From positions 144,170 to 208,169 of the forward strand of contig CALSSJ010000011.1 of NCBI GenBank assembly GCA_943788985.1: a stretch of DNA of 64,000 nt, written 5' to 3'. Positions within the stretch are counted from its first letter, which is position 1; every line of letters begins with the position of its first letter. Shown here in pieces: positions 50,213-60,178 of this stretch. The translations under genes and the position numbers were made by a program. Origin of the DNA: an uncultured Lentisphaerales bacterium. GTDB lineage: Bacteria; Verrucomicrobiota; Lentisphaeria; JABSQK01; UBA12247. The notes beneath the pieces were generated by a model. That model worked only from the letters and a program-made list of their open reading frames with translations, was not told the DNA's origin and searched no databases.

Positions 50213-51903
50213 CCGCCGCGGGCACGAGCAATTTTGCCTGGCTGCTTGAGGTTGTCGGCCAGGAGCTTGCGGGCAAGCGTGCGGTTGTGGTGCGAACAGG
50301 TGCAGACGCTGCGGGCCGCACGTCCTATGCACATCTGACGTTTGCCCAGCTGGGCGCGCAGCGGGACACCTTTGTGCATGGCCTGCAGGCGGCCGGGATT
50401 GAACGGGGAATGCGCGTCGTGCTGATGGTGCGGCCTGGGCTCGATTTTCTGCCGTTGTGCTTTGCCCTGTTCAAAATTGGCGCAGTGGTCGTGCTGATCG
50501 ACCCAGGCATGGGGCGGAAGAACCTCATTCGTTGCATCAAGCATACCCAGCCAGAAGGCTTCATCGGCATCCCTCAGGCACAGCTCGCGCGACTAATCTT
50601 TCGTAAAGCGTTCCGCTCGGTGAAGGTATCGATCACCATCGGCAAGCGCTATTGCTGGGGCGGCCCGGATCTCAAGGATCTCACAGCCCACGGTGCCGAA
50701 GCCATTGAACCTTGCCCCGCTGCGGAAGATGACCCTGCTGCGGTTATCTTTACCACCGGCAGCACTGGCCCACCAAAAGGCGTGGTCTACACCCATGGCA
50801 TGTTTCGCTGTCAAACCGCCACACTGCGCGACGCCTTCGAGCTCACCCCGGACGACGTAGACATGCCGGGGTTTGCGCTGTTCGCACTCTTCAGTATCAG
50901 CATGGGCCTTACCGTTGTGCTGCCAGAAATGGATCCAACGCGACCCGCTGCGATCAATCCCGAGCGTGTGCTCGAAGTCGTCCGGGACCACGGAGCCACC
51001 TTTTCCTTCGGCTCCCCGGCGCTGTGGAACACCGTCAGTCGTTATTGTGAGGAGAAGGGCTTCTCGCTGCCATCGCTGCGGACCGTCGTGATGGCTGGAG
51101 CCCCCATCCCGCCGTCGCTGCACAACCGCATGTTGGGCGGAATTCTGATGGCGGATGCTGACGTGCACACGCCGTACGGGGCCACTGAATGCTTACCGGT
51201 CAGCAACTTCCAGGGCAGTAAAGTGCTAGGGGAAACCGCCCAGCTCACCGCGGCCGGAAAAGGCTATTGCGTGGGGCCGACCGTCCCCGGCGTCAGTGTG
51301 CGGATCGTGAAGATTCGCGACCACGCTGTGCCGCGCATTGCGGAACTGGAAGACATGCCCACTGGCGAGGTTGGCGAGATCCTCGTGCAGGGGCCAAATG
51401 TCAGTCGATCCTACTACCGACTTCCGGAGCAGACCGCCGCACATAAGGTCTATGAGTCCGATGATACGGATGGCCCCTTCTATCACCGTATCGGTGACCT
51501 TGGCTATGTGGATGACCAGCAGCGCCTCTGGTTCTGTGGCCGCAAAGCCCACCGCGTCGAGACCTCGGATGGGGTGCTCCTCACAGTTTGCTGTGAAGCG
51601 ATCATTAACCAGCATCCATACATCTATCGCTCTGCCCTCATTGGCCTTGGTGATCGGCCCAACCAGCGCCCGCTGTTTGTGGTCGAGCCGGAGGCCGGTC
51701 ACTATCCAGAGAGCGCTGCTGCGCGCGAGAAGCTGGCAGGCGAGCTGTTGGCTGCCGCCGCTGCGAATCCTGTGTCACGGCCGGTGCGCACGATTCTGTT
51801 TCGCCGGGCGCTGCCCGTCGATATCCGCCATAACGCCAAAATTTTTCGCGAGCAGCTCCGGCCCTGGGCAGAGCAGAACCTGTCTGAGGCCATCGACGCA
51901 TGA
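50209..51903 (+). CDS. oleC: Olefin beta-lactone synthetase-like AMP-dependent ligase (start uncertain: CTG 50209 or GTG 50287)
   Basis: LIDPGMG, FTTGSTGPPKGVVY, MDPTRPA, FGSPALW, TPYGATE, LWFCGRKAHRV, LPVDIRHNAKIFRE. Confidence 0.88.
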   Translation: MTAAGTSNFAWLLEVVGQELAGKRAVVVRTGADAAGRTSYAHLTFAQLGAQRDTFVHGLQAAGIERGMRVVLMVRPGLDFLPLCFALFKIGAVVVLIDPGMGRKNLIRCIKHTQPEGFIGIPQAQLARLIFRKAFRSVKVSITIGKRYCWGGPDLKDLTAHGAEAIEPCPAAEDDPAAVIFTTGSTGPPKGVVYTHGMFRCQTATLRDAFELTPDDVDMPGFALFALFSISMGLTVVLPEMDPTRPAAINPERVLEVVRDHGATFSFGSPALWNTVSRYCEEKGFSLPSLRTVVMAGAPIPPSLHNRMLGGILMADADVHTPYGATECLPVSNFQGSKVLGETAQLTAAGKGYCVGPTVPGVSVRIVKIRDHAVPRIAELEDMPTGEVGEILVQGPNVSRSYYRLPEQTAAHKVYESDDTDGPFYHRIGDLGYVDDQQRLWFCGRKAHRVETSDGVLLTVCCEAIINQHPYIYRSALIGLGDRPNQRPLFVVEPEAGHYPESAAAREKLAGELLAAAAANPVSRPVRTILFRRALPVDIRHNAKIFREQLRPWAEQNLSEAIDA

Positions 51904-52898
51904 TCGCGCTTGTGACCGGCGGCGGCGGCTTTCTCGGGCGGCGGATTGTCGAGCTCCTGCGCGAACGCGGCGATGATGTACGCGTCCTCGCCCGCGGCAG
52001 CTATCCAGCGCTGGTAGAGCTAGGCTGCGAGTGCCACCAGGGGGACTTGCGAACTCCGCAAGACGTCGCCAAAGCCGTGGCCGGAGTCGATGTCGTCTTT
52101 CACGTGGCCGCCATGGCCGCGATGTGGGGGGACCGCGAACAGATCTTCGGGATCAACGTGGATGGCACTCGGAACTTGCTGAGTGCTGCCCAAAACGCGG
52201 GCGTGCAGCGCTTTGTCTACACCAGCTCACCGAGCGTGGTGTACGACATGAAGGATCTCTGCGGGGTGGATGAATCACAGCCGTACCCAAGGAAGTTCAG
52301 CGCCGTCTATCCCGAGTCGAAGGCGGTGGCCGAGCAGGAGGCGCTCGCGGCCAATGCTGCGAACTTCGCAACCTGTGCCTTGCGGCCACATTTGATCTGG
52401 GGGCCGCGCGACACCCATATCGTGCCGATGCTCGTGCAGCGTGCCAGAGCGGGTAAGCTCTCGCAGGTCGGGGCTGGCACTAATCTGGTCGACGTCAGCT
52501 ACGTGGACAATGCAGCCCTCGCCCACCTTCAGGCGGCCGATGCCCTTGCGCCCGGCTCCGTGGTAGCCGGAAATCCCTACTTCATTGGCGATGAGGCACC
52601 CGTCAATCTCTGGGGCTGGGTCCGGAGCCTGCTGGAACGGCTCGGGGAACCGGGGCCGAGCCGAGTGATCTCGTATCCGGCCGCACGGGCCATTGCCACG
52701 GGATTTGAGTGCCTTTACCGCCTGCTGCCGCTATCCGGAGAGCCTCTGTTGACGCGCTTTACGGCCGCTCAATTCGCCACATCGCACTACTTTAGCCACG
52801 AAGCCGCCGGGCGTGATTTTGGCTATCAGCCGACGATTTCAAACGAAGAAGGACTCCGTAGGACGGTGCAGTGGTTCGCCGCTCACCCAGTTTCTTGA
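51900..52898 (+). CDS. oleD: 2-alkyl-3-oxoalkanoate reductase-like (3-beta-HSD family)
   Basis: VTGGGGFLG, YTSSPSVV, YPESKAVAE, LRPHLIWGPRD, YVDNAA; ATGA-coupled to oleC. Confidence 0.85.
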   Translation: MIALVTGGGGFLGRRIVELLRERGDDVRVLARGSYPALVELGCECHQGDLRTPQDVAKAVAGVDVVFHVAAMAAMWGDREQIFGINVDGTRNLLSAAQNAGVQRFVYTSSPSVVYDMKDLCGVDESQPYPRKFSAVYPESKAVAEQEALAANAANFATCALRPHLIWGPRDTHIVPMLVQRARAGKLSQVGAGTNLVDVSYVDNAALAHLQAADALAPGSVVAGNPYFIGDEAPVNLWGWVRSLLERLGEPGPSRVISYPAARAIATGFECLYRLLPLSGEPLLTRFTAAQFATSHYFSHEAAGRDFGYQPTISNEEGLRRTVQWFAAHPVS

Positions 52899-52986
52899 TC
52901 GTTTTACACAGAAGAGGACTAGGTAGCTCGCCGAATACGAGTATATTCATGATTCATAACTGCACGCACTCGCTGAGCTAGTTTTC

Positions 52987-53763
52987 ATGCGCATCACCAA
53001 AATTTCATTTCTATTTGCTCTGCTCGTGCTTTGTACGTGGACGGCATCTGCAGATTTATTGCAGAAGGCGGACGCCGCCGGAAACGAAAGCCGCAAGCTG
53101 ATTTTGCAGGCCAAGGCGTTGATGAAAAAGGGCGATAACAGCCAGGCCCGCACCAAGGCGTACCGGGCGGTTCAAAAGGCCAAAGAAGCACTTGGTCTGA
53201 TTAAACGCTACGAAACCGACGCACGGCACCTGCAGTCCCGGTCTAAGAATGCCCGCAACCATGCCTACGGAGACATAAAGTCTGCCAACGACGATGTGGT
53301 ACACGAGCTGGCAGACAGGAGGCGGGCCAAGGTAGACCTAGCCCAGGCAGCGAATGACCTGCGAAAAGCTGAACTCAGCAAGAAAGATGCCCAGTATGAC
53401 ATCTACCTCGCGACCATCGAACTGAACAAGCTGATTGCCACACGGAATACCGATAACGTGACCACGTCCCGCATGGCTGTGCTTCGTACCAGAATCAAGA
53501 ATGCGAATACCACCATCACGCGGCAGAACCTGTTGCTGGTCAAGGCCGAGCAGATGATCCACCTTCACAGCTCGGAGCAGGCCGCGGCCAAGCGCGATCA
53601 GGGCTTTGCCGAGCGCGATCGGATGGAAGCCCGCAGGGACCACAGCGATGCGGACCGCGAACAGGCGCAAGCCAAGAAGATGCTTTCTCATATCGGCTCT
53701 GCCCGCTCCCGTTACAACGGCTACCTGAGCCAGGCAAACTCGTTGCGTAACAAAGCCAACTGA
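52987..53763 (+). CDS. Secreted all-helical/coiled-coil hypothetical protein
   Basis: Signal peptide ending ASA; Ala/Lys/Arg-rich heptad pattern. Confidence 0.7.
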   Translation: MRITKISFLFALLVLCTWTASADLLQKADAAGNESRKLILQAKALMKKGDNSQARTKAYRAVQKAKEALGLIKRYETDARHLQSRSKNARNHAYGDIKSANDDVVHELADRRRAKVDLAQAANDLRKAELSKKDAQYDIYLATIELNKLIATRNTDNVTTSRMAVLRTRIKNANTTITRQNLLLVKAEQMIHLHSSEQAAAKRDQGFAERDRMEARRDHSDADREQAQAKKMLSHIGSARSRYNGYLSQANSLRNKAN

Positions 53764-53778
53764 CTCGGCCCCGCCGCG

Positions 53779-55659
53779 ATGGCACGAAAACGAGCCGCAG
53801 CCGCCGGCAAGCCCGCATTCGCTTGGTTCCCTGCTTGGGAAAAACTCCAGAAGCTAGATTGGCTCTTGGTGACAGGCTTGGCCTTCATTCTCACTTTTGC
53901 TCTGTATTGGCCGGCGCTCTTCGGCGAGTTCACGAACTGGGATGACAACAAGCTAGTCCTCGAGAACGAGTCCGTGCTGTCACTCAGTCCGGCAAACGTC
54001 GTCGATATCTTCGTGCCCAAGGGCGGGCAGACCTACCAGCCGCTGCGCGTCCTCAGCTATGCGCTAAACTACGCCGTGCACGGAGAGCGCCCGTTTGGCT
54101 ATCACCTGATCAATCTACTGTTGCATGTCGCGGCGACCGTCGCTCTCTACCTGTTTATCTGTGCGCTGCTGGAGCGTCGTCGTGGCCCGCATCATGGCAA
54201 TCGCTGTGCGGCGCTGGTGGTCGCCATGCTCTTTCTGTTGCATCCTGTGAATGTCGAAGCCGTCGCCTGGATCTCATCCCGGAAATACGGGCTGCTCGCC
54301 GCCTTTCTGTTTCTGAGTCTCTACCTGTATCAAAAGGCTCAGCTAGGATCTAAGTCCGCGTATGCTGGAAGCTGGGGCGCGGCTTGGATTGCCATTCTGT
54401 CCAGCCCGTTCGGGGTGACGATTCCACCGTTGATCGTGCTCACGGACCTGTATGTGGACGGGGTTTCCAATCTGGCCAAGCTGGCGCGCCGGCTCCCGAT
54501 CTACCTCGGCTTTGCGGTGATTGCAGTCGTGATTTTGCCCTTGCTGATGAATGTGCGCAAGTCCGACGAGGTTGCGGAGATCGCAAAACCGCACTATGAG
54601 AACCGCACCACCACCTTCTATTCGACTGTGAATGGGATTGGAGGCTATACCAAGAACCTGGTCGCCCCTGTGGGCCTGAACTGCCGCTACCCCAATGAGA
54701 TCGTTCATGGCCCGACCGGTACGGTGCTTCTGGTCCTGTTCGCGATTGTTGGCCTGAGCGCGGGCGCAGTCTGGAGCTTGCTGCGCGGTGAGCGTCTCGG
54801 CTTTCTGTGTTTTGGCTGGGTGGTCGTGACCTGGGGGCCGGTTGCGCAGATTGTGCCCATCTCCACCATCGTGGCAGATCGCTACCTCTACCTCACTGGT
54901 GTCGGTGCCTTTCTGTTTCTAGCACTGGCTGCGGAGTTCGCATTTGAGCGGAAGAGGAGTCTGGGCAACGGCCTGGTCGGCGGCTTCGCTGTGCTCGCGG
55001 TCGTGTGTGCTGTGCTCACGCACCAGCGCGCGGCAGTCTGGCGCTCGAGCGTGGCGCTCTGGGCTGACAGCGTGGCCAAGTCACCGCACAACTACCTGGC
55101 TCGCAACAGCTACGGCCAGGCCCTGCGTAAGGTCGATCAAGTCGATGAAGCCGAGCACCAGTTCCGCGAGGCCATCAAGACCTACCAGCAATATGCGCGT
55201 GCCCATCACAGCCTTGGCGACATCCTGCTCAATGAGCGCAACCAACCCGAGGTAGCGCTCCCGCATTTCCAGGTTTATCTGGATGATCTGGACGCCCGCA
55301 AGGTGCCGCTGGCGCAGCGGAATGCACTGGCCTATATGAATGTCGGGATCATCTACGGCCGGCGCGGCGACATGGCTCAGGCCTCCGCGTTCTTCGAGAC
55401 CGCCTTCGAGATTGATCCGACGAACTCAGAGGTGAATCACAACATCGGTGTAATGCACACGATGAAAGGACAGTATGAGGAAGCAGCTCAATCCTACGAA
55501 GTTGCCGTTTCGGGGGAACCAAAATCAGCCCAGGTGTTCTTGGACTATCATCTAGTCCTCACCAAGCTCGGTCGCACTGAGGCAGCCACAGAGGTCGCTC
55601 GCCGCGGGCATGAGCTGTTTCCTGACTCGAAAGCACTCACCCCCGCGCACAAGAAGTAG
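53779..55659 (+). CDS. TMTC-like GT-C glycosyltransferase with C-terminal TPR repeats
   Basis: FTNWDD, YQPLRVLSY, GYHLINLLLH, LHPVNVEAVAWISSR, ADRYLYL, W..SVALW; several TPRs. Confidence 0.85.
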   Translation: MARKRAAAAGKPAFAWFPAWEKLQKLDWLLVTGLAFILTFALYWPALFGEFTNWDDNKLVLENESVLSLSPANVVDIFVPKGGQTYQPLRVLSYALNYAVHGERPFGYHLINLLLHVAATVALYLFICALLERRRGPHHGNRCAALVVAMLFLLHPVNVEAVAWISSRKYGLLAAFLFLSLYLYQKAQLGSKSAYAGSWGAAWIAILSSPFGVTIPPLIVLTDLYVDGVSNLAKLARRLPIYLGFAVIAVVILPLLMNVRKSDEVAEIAKPHYENRTTTFYSTVNGIGGYTKNLVAPVGLNCRYPNEIVHGPTGTVLLVLFAIVGLSAGAVWSLLRGERLGFLCFGWVVVTWGPVAQIVPISTIVADRYLYLTGVGAFLFLALAAEFAFERKRSLGNGLVGGFAVLAVVCAVLTHQRAAVWRSSVALWADSVAKSPHNYLARNSYGQALRKVDQVDEAEHQFREAIKTYQQYARAHHSLGDILLNERNQPEVALPHFQVYLDDLDARKVPLAQRNALAYMNVGIIYGRRGDMAQASAFFETAFEIDPTNSEVNHNIGVMHTMKGQYEEAAQSYEVAVSGEPKSAQVFLDYHLVLTKLGRTEAATEVARRGHELFPDSKALTPAHKK

Positions 55660-55843
55660 CTTTGCCTCCTGTAGTTGCACCTGGATTGGTGAGTAGTAGG
55701 TTTGTCTGATCAGGCTTTAATAGCAGAATGATTTTTGCCCCTGGCTGACAAAATTGCGGATTGCGCATTGCGGAATTCGTAGCGGGGTGGCCATTATCCT
55801 CTTTCCGTCTGTCTTCGCCAAATCCTATCCGTCTGAATGCGCT

Positions 55844-56563
55844 ATGTTTTTTCTCGCCACCGTCACTCCATTTTACGCATTTGAGCAGAGCGATACGGTC
55901 GGCCGTTTTATCGTCCTGATCCTGGCCGTGCTGTCGACACTGAGCTGGACGCTCTTTGTCGATCGTTTCCTCTACCTGAAAGGCCTCAAGATGCAGGTGA
56001 CCTCGTTTTTGGAGTTCTATGAGATGGTCTCGGGCCCTGGCGACGTGTTTTCGCAGTTGAAGAACCATCATGGTCCACTGGTAGCCGTGACCAACGCCGG
56101 GCTGACTGCCATTGCAGAACTTCACCAACTGCCGCCGACTGACCTTGCCGCCCAGATTCGTCGCACTGGGATTCCAGAAGGAATGTCCACCGCGGACATC
56201 GACCGCATCGATTCCGCCATGGAGAAGCAGCTGGATCTCGAGATTCTGGAGATGGAGCGACATCTCAGCACGATCGGAACCGTGGTCAGCGTAAGCCCGT
56301 TTCTTGGCCTGCTGGGGACCGTTTGGGGCGTGATGATGGCATTTTGTGGCATGGCCGCGAAGGGCCAACCGGACATCAATTCACTCGCGCCTGGGGTGAG
56401 TGGTGCCTTGCTTACCACCGTGGTTGCCCTGTTAGTCGCGATCCCCTCCGTGTGGTCCTACAACTATCTGAGCAACAAGATCCGCCACATTTCCGTGGAG
56501 ATGGAGGGATACTCCGCAGAGTTTCTCAGCCGGGTGCGCGTCGCCAGCCAGCTGGATAATTAG
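55844..56563 (+). CDS. tolQ: TolQ/ExbB (MotA family) proton channel
   Basis: LSTIGTVVSVSPFLGLLGTVWGVM, LAPGVSGALLTTVVALLVAIPS. Confidence 0.88.
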   Translation: MFFLATVTPFYAFEQSDTVGRFIVLILAVLSTLSWTLFVDRFLYLKGLKMQVTSFLEFYEMVSGPGDVFSQLKNHHGPLVAVTNAGLTAIAELHQLPPTDLAAQIRRTGIPEGMSTADIDRIDSAMEKQLDLEILEMERHLSTIGTVVSVSPFLGLLGTVWGVMMAFCGMAAKGQPDINSLAPGVSGALLTTVVALLVAIPSVWSYNYLSNKIRHISVEMEGYSAEFLSRVRVASQLDN

Positions 56564-56564
56564 C

Positions 56565-56969
56565 ATGCCTCGCAAGCGCCCGAGAAAGCGGACCGAGACA
56601 ATGTCGAGGCCAGACATCACACCACTGGTGGACTTGACCTTCATTTTGCTGATTGTCTTCATGATTACCGCACCTGTGCTTGAAAATGCCATGGATGTCA
56701 AGGCACCGGCTTTGAACAACCCTAGGATTACCGAGAGCCACACGGTAATCAGTATCACCGCCGCTGGCGAGTATCGCTGGAATGGCGAGATGCTGTCGCT
56801 GGCCGCGCTCCAGGCGCAACTGACCCAACTCGCTGAAACGACACCAGCAGCCGTGATCTACTTGCGGGCGGACTCAGTGCGCCAGTACGGCGATGTCATG
56901 GCCGTGATGCGTTTGATTCGCTCCACGGGCATCACCGAGGTATCCCTGGTGACGTTGCCAGAATCATGA
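56565..56969 (+). CDS. tolR: TolR/ExbD protein
   Basis: DITPLVDLTFILLIVFMITAP, YLRADSVRQYGDVMAVM. Confidence 0.88.
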   Translation: MPRKRPRKRTETMSRPDITPLVDLTFILLIVFMITAPVLENAMDVKAPALNNPRITESHTVISITAAGEYRWNGEMLSLAALQAQLTQLAETTPAAVIYLRADSVRQYGDVMAVMRLIRSTGITEVSLVTLPES

Positions 56970-57847
56970 GTACGAGCGGAACCAAGCGCTCGCTCTGGTC
57001 CCTGGCGTGGCGGGTCGCCGCCGGTCACGCGGGCGCTCTCCTGTTGTTGTTCCTTGTCATTGTGGTCCCAAAGTCCTGTGACCAGGAGCCAGACGAAGAG
57101 TACATGACCGTCAGCCTGATTGCCGATCAAGGCGCTGCTACGCCCAGCCCGCAGCCGCCTACGCCTGAGCCACCGGCTCCAACGCCCACGCCCGAGCCAC
57201 CGGCTCCAGCGCCCACGCCCGAGCCACCGGCTCCAGCGCCCACGCCCGAGCCACCGGCTCCAGCGCCCACGCCCGAGCCACCGGCTCCAGCGCCCACGCC
57301 TGAGCCACCCCCTCCAGCACCGACGCCTGAGCCACCCCCTCCAGAACCTACACCTGAGCCTGAGCCGCCGCCTCCGAAGCCAAAGCCTCCGAAGAAGGTC
57401 TACCGGACCGCTGAGCAGATCCGCAATTCAGGGCTTCGCCGTACCGAGTCTCCGCCGCCCCCGGCACCAGTGCCAGTGAAGCCGCAACGGCGTGTCACCC
57501 AGGCAGAGGTGATGCGTCGTTTCACGCAGCCGGAGACGCCGACCGTCGATACCGAGTATGCAGCGAGCGCACGCGCGATCTACAACCAGGAGTTGCAGGC
57601 GCTGTTGTATAAGACCTGGCAGGAACCGGCAGCCGACCAAGTGCCCAACCGTGCACTCACTGTGCGCATCACCTACGTGCTGGAGCGATCCGGTGCGATT
57701 CTGTCAACGCGCATCGTCGGCCCCAGCGGGAACGGCGCGATGGATCAATCTGCAAGCCGATTGCAGGCCGCGCTTTCACGCTTTGCCCCGGTTCCAGCAG
57801 AGCTGGAAGCGCCGTTTACGTTCACCGTCACCCTCGGGCTGGATTAG
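56966..57847 (+). CDS. TolA/TonB-like energy transducer with Pro-rich linker
   Basis: TM with AAGH, PEPPAPAPT repeats, C-terminal W.EP..VRITYVLERSGAI..PSGNGAMDQS. Confidence 0.85.
   Translation: MSTSGTKRSLWSLAWRVAAGHAGALLLLFLVIVVPKSCDQEPDEEYMTVSLIADQGAATPSPQPPTPEPPAPTPTPEPPAPAPTPEPPAPAPTPEPPAPAPTPEPPAPAPTPEPPPPAPTPEPPPPEPTPEPEPPPPKPKPPKKVYRTAEQIRNSGLRRTESPPPPAPVPVKPQRRVTQAEVMRRFTQPETPTVDTEYAASARAIYNQELQALLYKTWQEPAADQVPNRALTVRITYVLERSGAILSTRIVGPSGNGAMDQSASRLQAALSRFAPVPAELEAPFTFTVTLGLD
57158..57372 (+). repeat. 27-bp coding tandem repeat
   Basis: CCCACGCCCGAGCCACCGGCTCCAGCG, four identical copies (57185-57292) plus degenerate flanking copies. Confidence 0.92.
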
Positions 57848-57889
57848 GAAGAAGACCCAACAGCCCCCGCTGTTCGTAGTCAGGCACGG

Positions 57890-58225
57890 CAGTGCCGTTA
57901 CCCCCAGCGCGCCATGTATACCGGCGAGTTCTACCCCGGGCGTCCGTCCGGGGCTGACCCGAAGCTGGTATGGCGAGGGTGCCGCCTGGTCGCGTTTCGT
58001 TGGGATGAACGATTCCTGTCCGATCTCCCTGCCCACCTGCATCACCGCCCAGATGCGCACCGATGGTCAGCGCCAGTTCGTCTTCCTGCTCAACTTCACC
58101 CGTCGGCGCCAGACCATTGAGCTCGGGCCGGAAGCATGGCGGTAACTCACCACGGAACGGACGCTGAAGAGAACGGCAACCCTGGACGGGCACGGCGTAC
58201 TGGTACCGGGAAAACACACATTGAC
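57890..58225 (+). pseudogene. Remnant of a GH42 beta-galactosidase C-terminal region
   Basis: Across frames: YTGEFYPGRP/LTRSWYGEGAAW/VAFRWDERFLSD/ITAQMRTDGQRQFVFLLNFT..TIELG..*..LDGHGVLV; frameshifts and an internal stop. Confidence 0.65.
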
Positions 58226-58674
58226 TGGAGATGGATAGACGCAATCTCTCCAGTTCCTACCATGACTCCGACGGAGTTCCTTGGCCGCAACCTATTCGAG
58301 AACGACGCCTAATTCGATTGGGAACTGGTAGCCTGTCGAGAACAGAACGGGATGGCGGCCAATAAGGGCCGCCCGTAGTAACCGGAGGCGATTGCCCGCC
58401 GGTTCGGGAGACACGCCACTATTGGCGTGCGTCCGGGCACCCGTGCCGTAGCGCCACCGTAGCATCAGATGAGCGTTATTGTGATATGTTTGAGTGCAGC
58501 GGGCATACTCTTATCGTAGCAAGGCAGGCGCGCAGGCCATCGCCGAACTCCAGCGTGTCGTGCCAGAGTTGGACGCTAGCCTGCTGACAAACCCGCAGGC
58601 CCAAGAGGCGAGGGGGCTGTAATGCAGAGTATCGATTGTCTCACACGATATTGGAAAACGGAGGGTGTCTGAAG

Positions 58675-60123
58675 ATGATGGATAGAAAGGGTTTCCTGAA
58701 GCGTTCGGTGGCATTCGGTTCGGTCGTGATTCTTCCCGGCAGCAGGGTTTTCGGTGCCAACGATCGGCTTGCGGTGGGGATGATGGGAACTGGCGGCAAG
58801 GGGATTCCCAACCTTAAGTGGGCCCAGCGCGCTGGATGCGATGTCGTCGCGGTATGCGACCCTGATAAGCAGCGTATGGCGAAGGCGGCCGAGCAAGCCG
58901 GTGGCACCGCCAAGCAGTATCAGGATTTCAGGAAGATGCTGGATGATCAATCGATCGAGGCGATCGTCATGTCCACCCCGCATCATTGGCACGCACTCGG
59001 CACAGTGATGGCCTGCCAAGCGGGCAAGGATGTCTATGTCGAGAAGCCAGCCAGCCACTCGATCTGGGAGGGCCGCAAGATGGTCGAAGCGGCCCGGAAG
59101 TACGATCGCATTGTCCAGGTGGGCTCGCAGCAGCGATCGGACCCAGCTCTCATTGAAATGAAACGCATGATCGAAGCCAAGGAAATTGGTGAGCCCCAGT
59201 GGGCCCATGCGCTCTGGTATGCGAAACGTGGTCCCATCGGCAAAGTCTCGGGACCGACCAAGGTGCCGGAGCATGTGGATTACGATCTCTGGTGCGGCCC
59301 GCGTGAGAACGTTCCGCTGATGCGGAAGAAACTTCACTATGATTGGCACTGGCGGTGGGAATACGGGAATGGCGATATGGGCAATCGTGTGATCCACAAC
59401 ATCGATGACGTCCACCATGTCCTGCAACTCAACGACAACGTGCCGACGAGGATGATGGCCTTTGGCGGGCGGTTCGGCTACAACGACGATGCCAACACCC
59501 CCAATACAGAAGTTCTTGTTCTGGACGGCAAGGTTCCGATCATCGCCAGTAGTCGGAACCTGCCGATGATCCATCCAAAGACGGGAAAGGCAGTCGGGGC
59601 ATCCGTCTATCGTAGACTTGGCAAGGGATTTCGGTTCACCACGTTAATTAAGTGCGAAGGTGGCTTCTTTGCCGTCACGCGCAACGGCGGCAAGGTCTAT
59701 GATGACGACGGCAAGACCATCAAACAGATCACCGGCAATGGTGGCGGCGGCCACATGAAAAACTGGGTGGACGCGGTCAAATCCCGGAACCGGGAAGACC
59801 TCAACGCCGAGATCGAGCAGGGACACCTGGGGTGCCTGCTCCTGCATACCGGCAACATTAGCTACCGGATCGGACAGCAGGCAAGCTGTGATGCGGTCAC
59901 GAAGCAGGTTGCCGGTACCGAGGAGGCTGAATCGATCTGGGAAAACACGATGGACCACCTCAAGAGCCACAACATCGACCTTGCCAAGGAGCAACCCACG
60001 CTTGGTCCGTGGCTTACCTTCGAGCCGAAGCAAGAGCGCTTCAGCGGCGAGCACGCCGAGGCAGCCAACGCGCTCGTCAAGGAGCACTACCGAACGGAGT
60101 TCAGCATTCCGGACCAGGTGTAG
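58675..60123 (+). CDS. Gfo/Idh/MocA family oxidoreductase with Tat-like signal
   Basis: MMDRKGFLK, GTGGKG, STPHHWHA, DVYVEKP, VQVGSQQRS, YDLWCGP, GNGDMGN. Confidence 0.92.
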   Translation: MMDRKGFLKRSVAFGSVVILPGSRVFGANDRLAVGMMGTGGKGIPNLKWAQRAGCDVVAVCDPDKQRMAKAAEQAGGTAKQYQDFRKMLDDQSIEAIVMSTPHHWHALGTVMACQAGKDVYVEKPASHSIWEGRKMVEAARKYDRIVQVGSQQRSDPALIEMKRMIEAKEIGEPQWAHALWYAKRGPIGKVSGPTKVPEHVDYDLWCGPRENVPLMRKKLHYDWHWRWEYGNGDMGNRVIHNIDDVHHVLQLNDNVPTRMMAFGGRFGYNDDANTPNTEVLVLDGKVPIIASSRNLPMIHPKTGKAVGASVYRRLGKGFRFTTLIKCEGGFFAVTRNGGKVYDDDGKTIKQITGNGGGGHMKNWVDAVKSRNREDLNAEIEQGHLGCLLLHTGNISYRIGQQASCDAVTKQVAGTEEAESIWENTMDHLKSHNIDLAKEQPTLGPWLTFEPKQERFSGEHAEAANALVKEHYRTEFSIPDQV

Positions 60124-60178
60124 GGTCGCAGCGGGAAGAGTTTTTGAGGACTTTGATACGCGTAAAAAGGGAGTATGG

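Noticed and set aside
57158..57372. CRISPR-like array
   Set aside because: Head-to-tail repeats with no spacers, in frame within a Pro-rich linker; no cas genes
58230..58670. ncRNA or small gene in the long intergenic gap
   Set aside because: No convincing stem-loops, RBS-linked ORF or known motif; probably decayed sequence plus promoter
58675..58730. RK instead of RR in the Tat-like signal as a novelty
   Set aside because: Single-Lys variants of Tat motifs are known; minor
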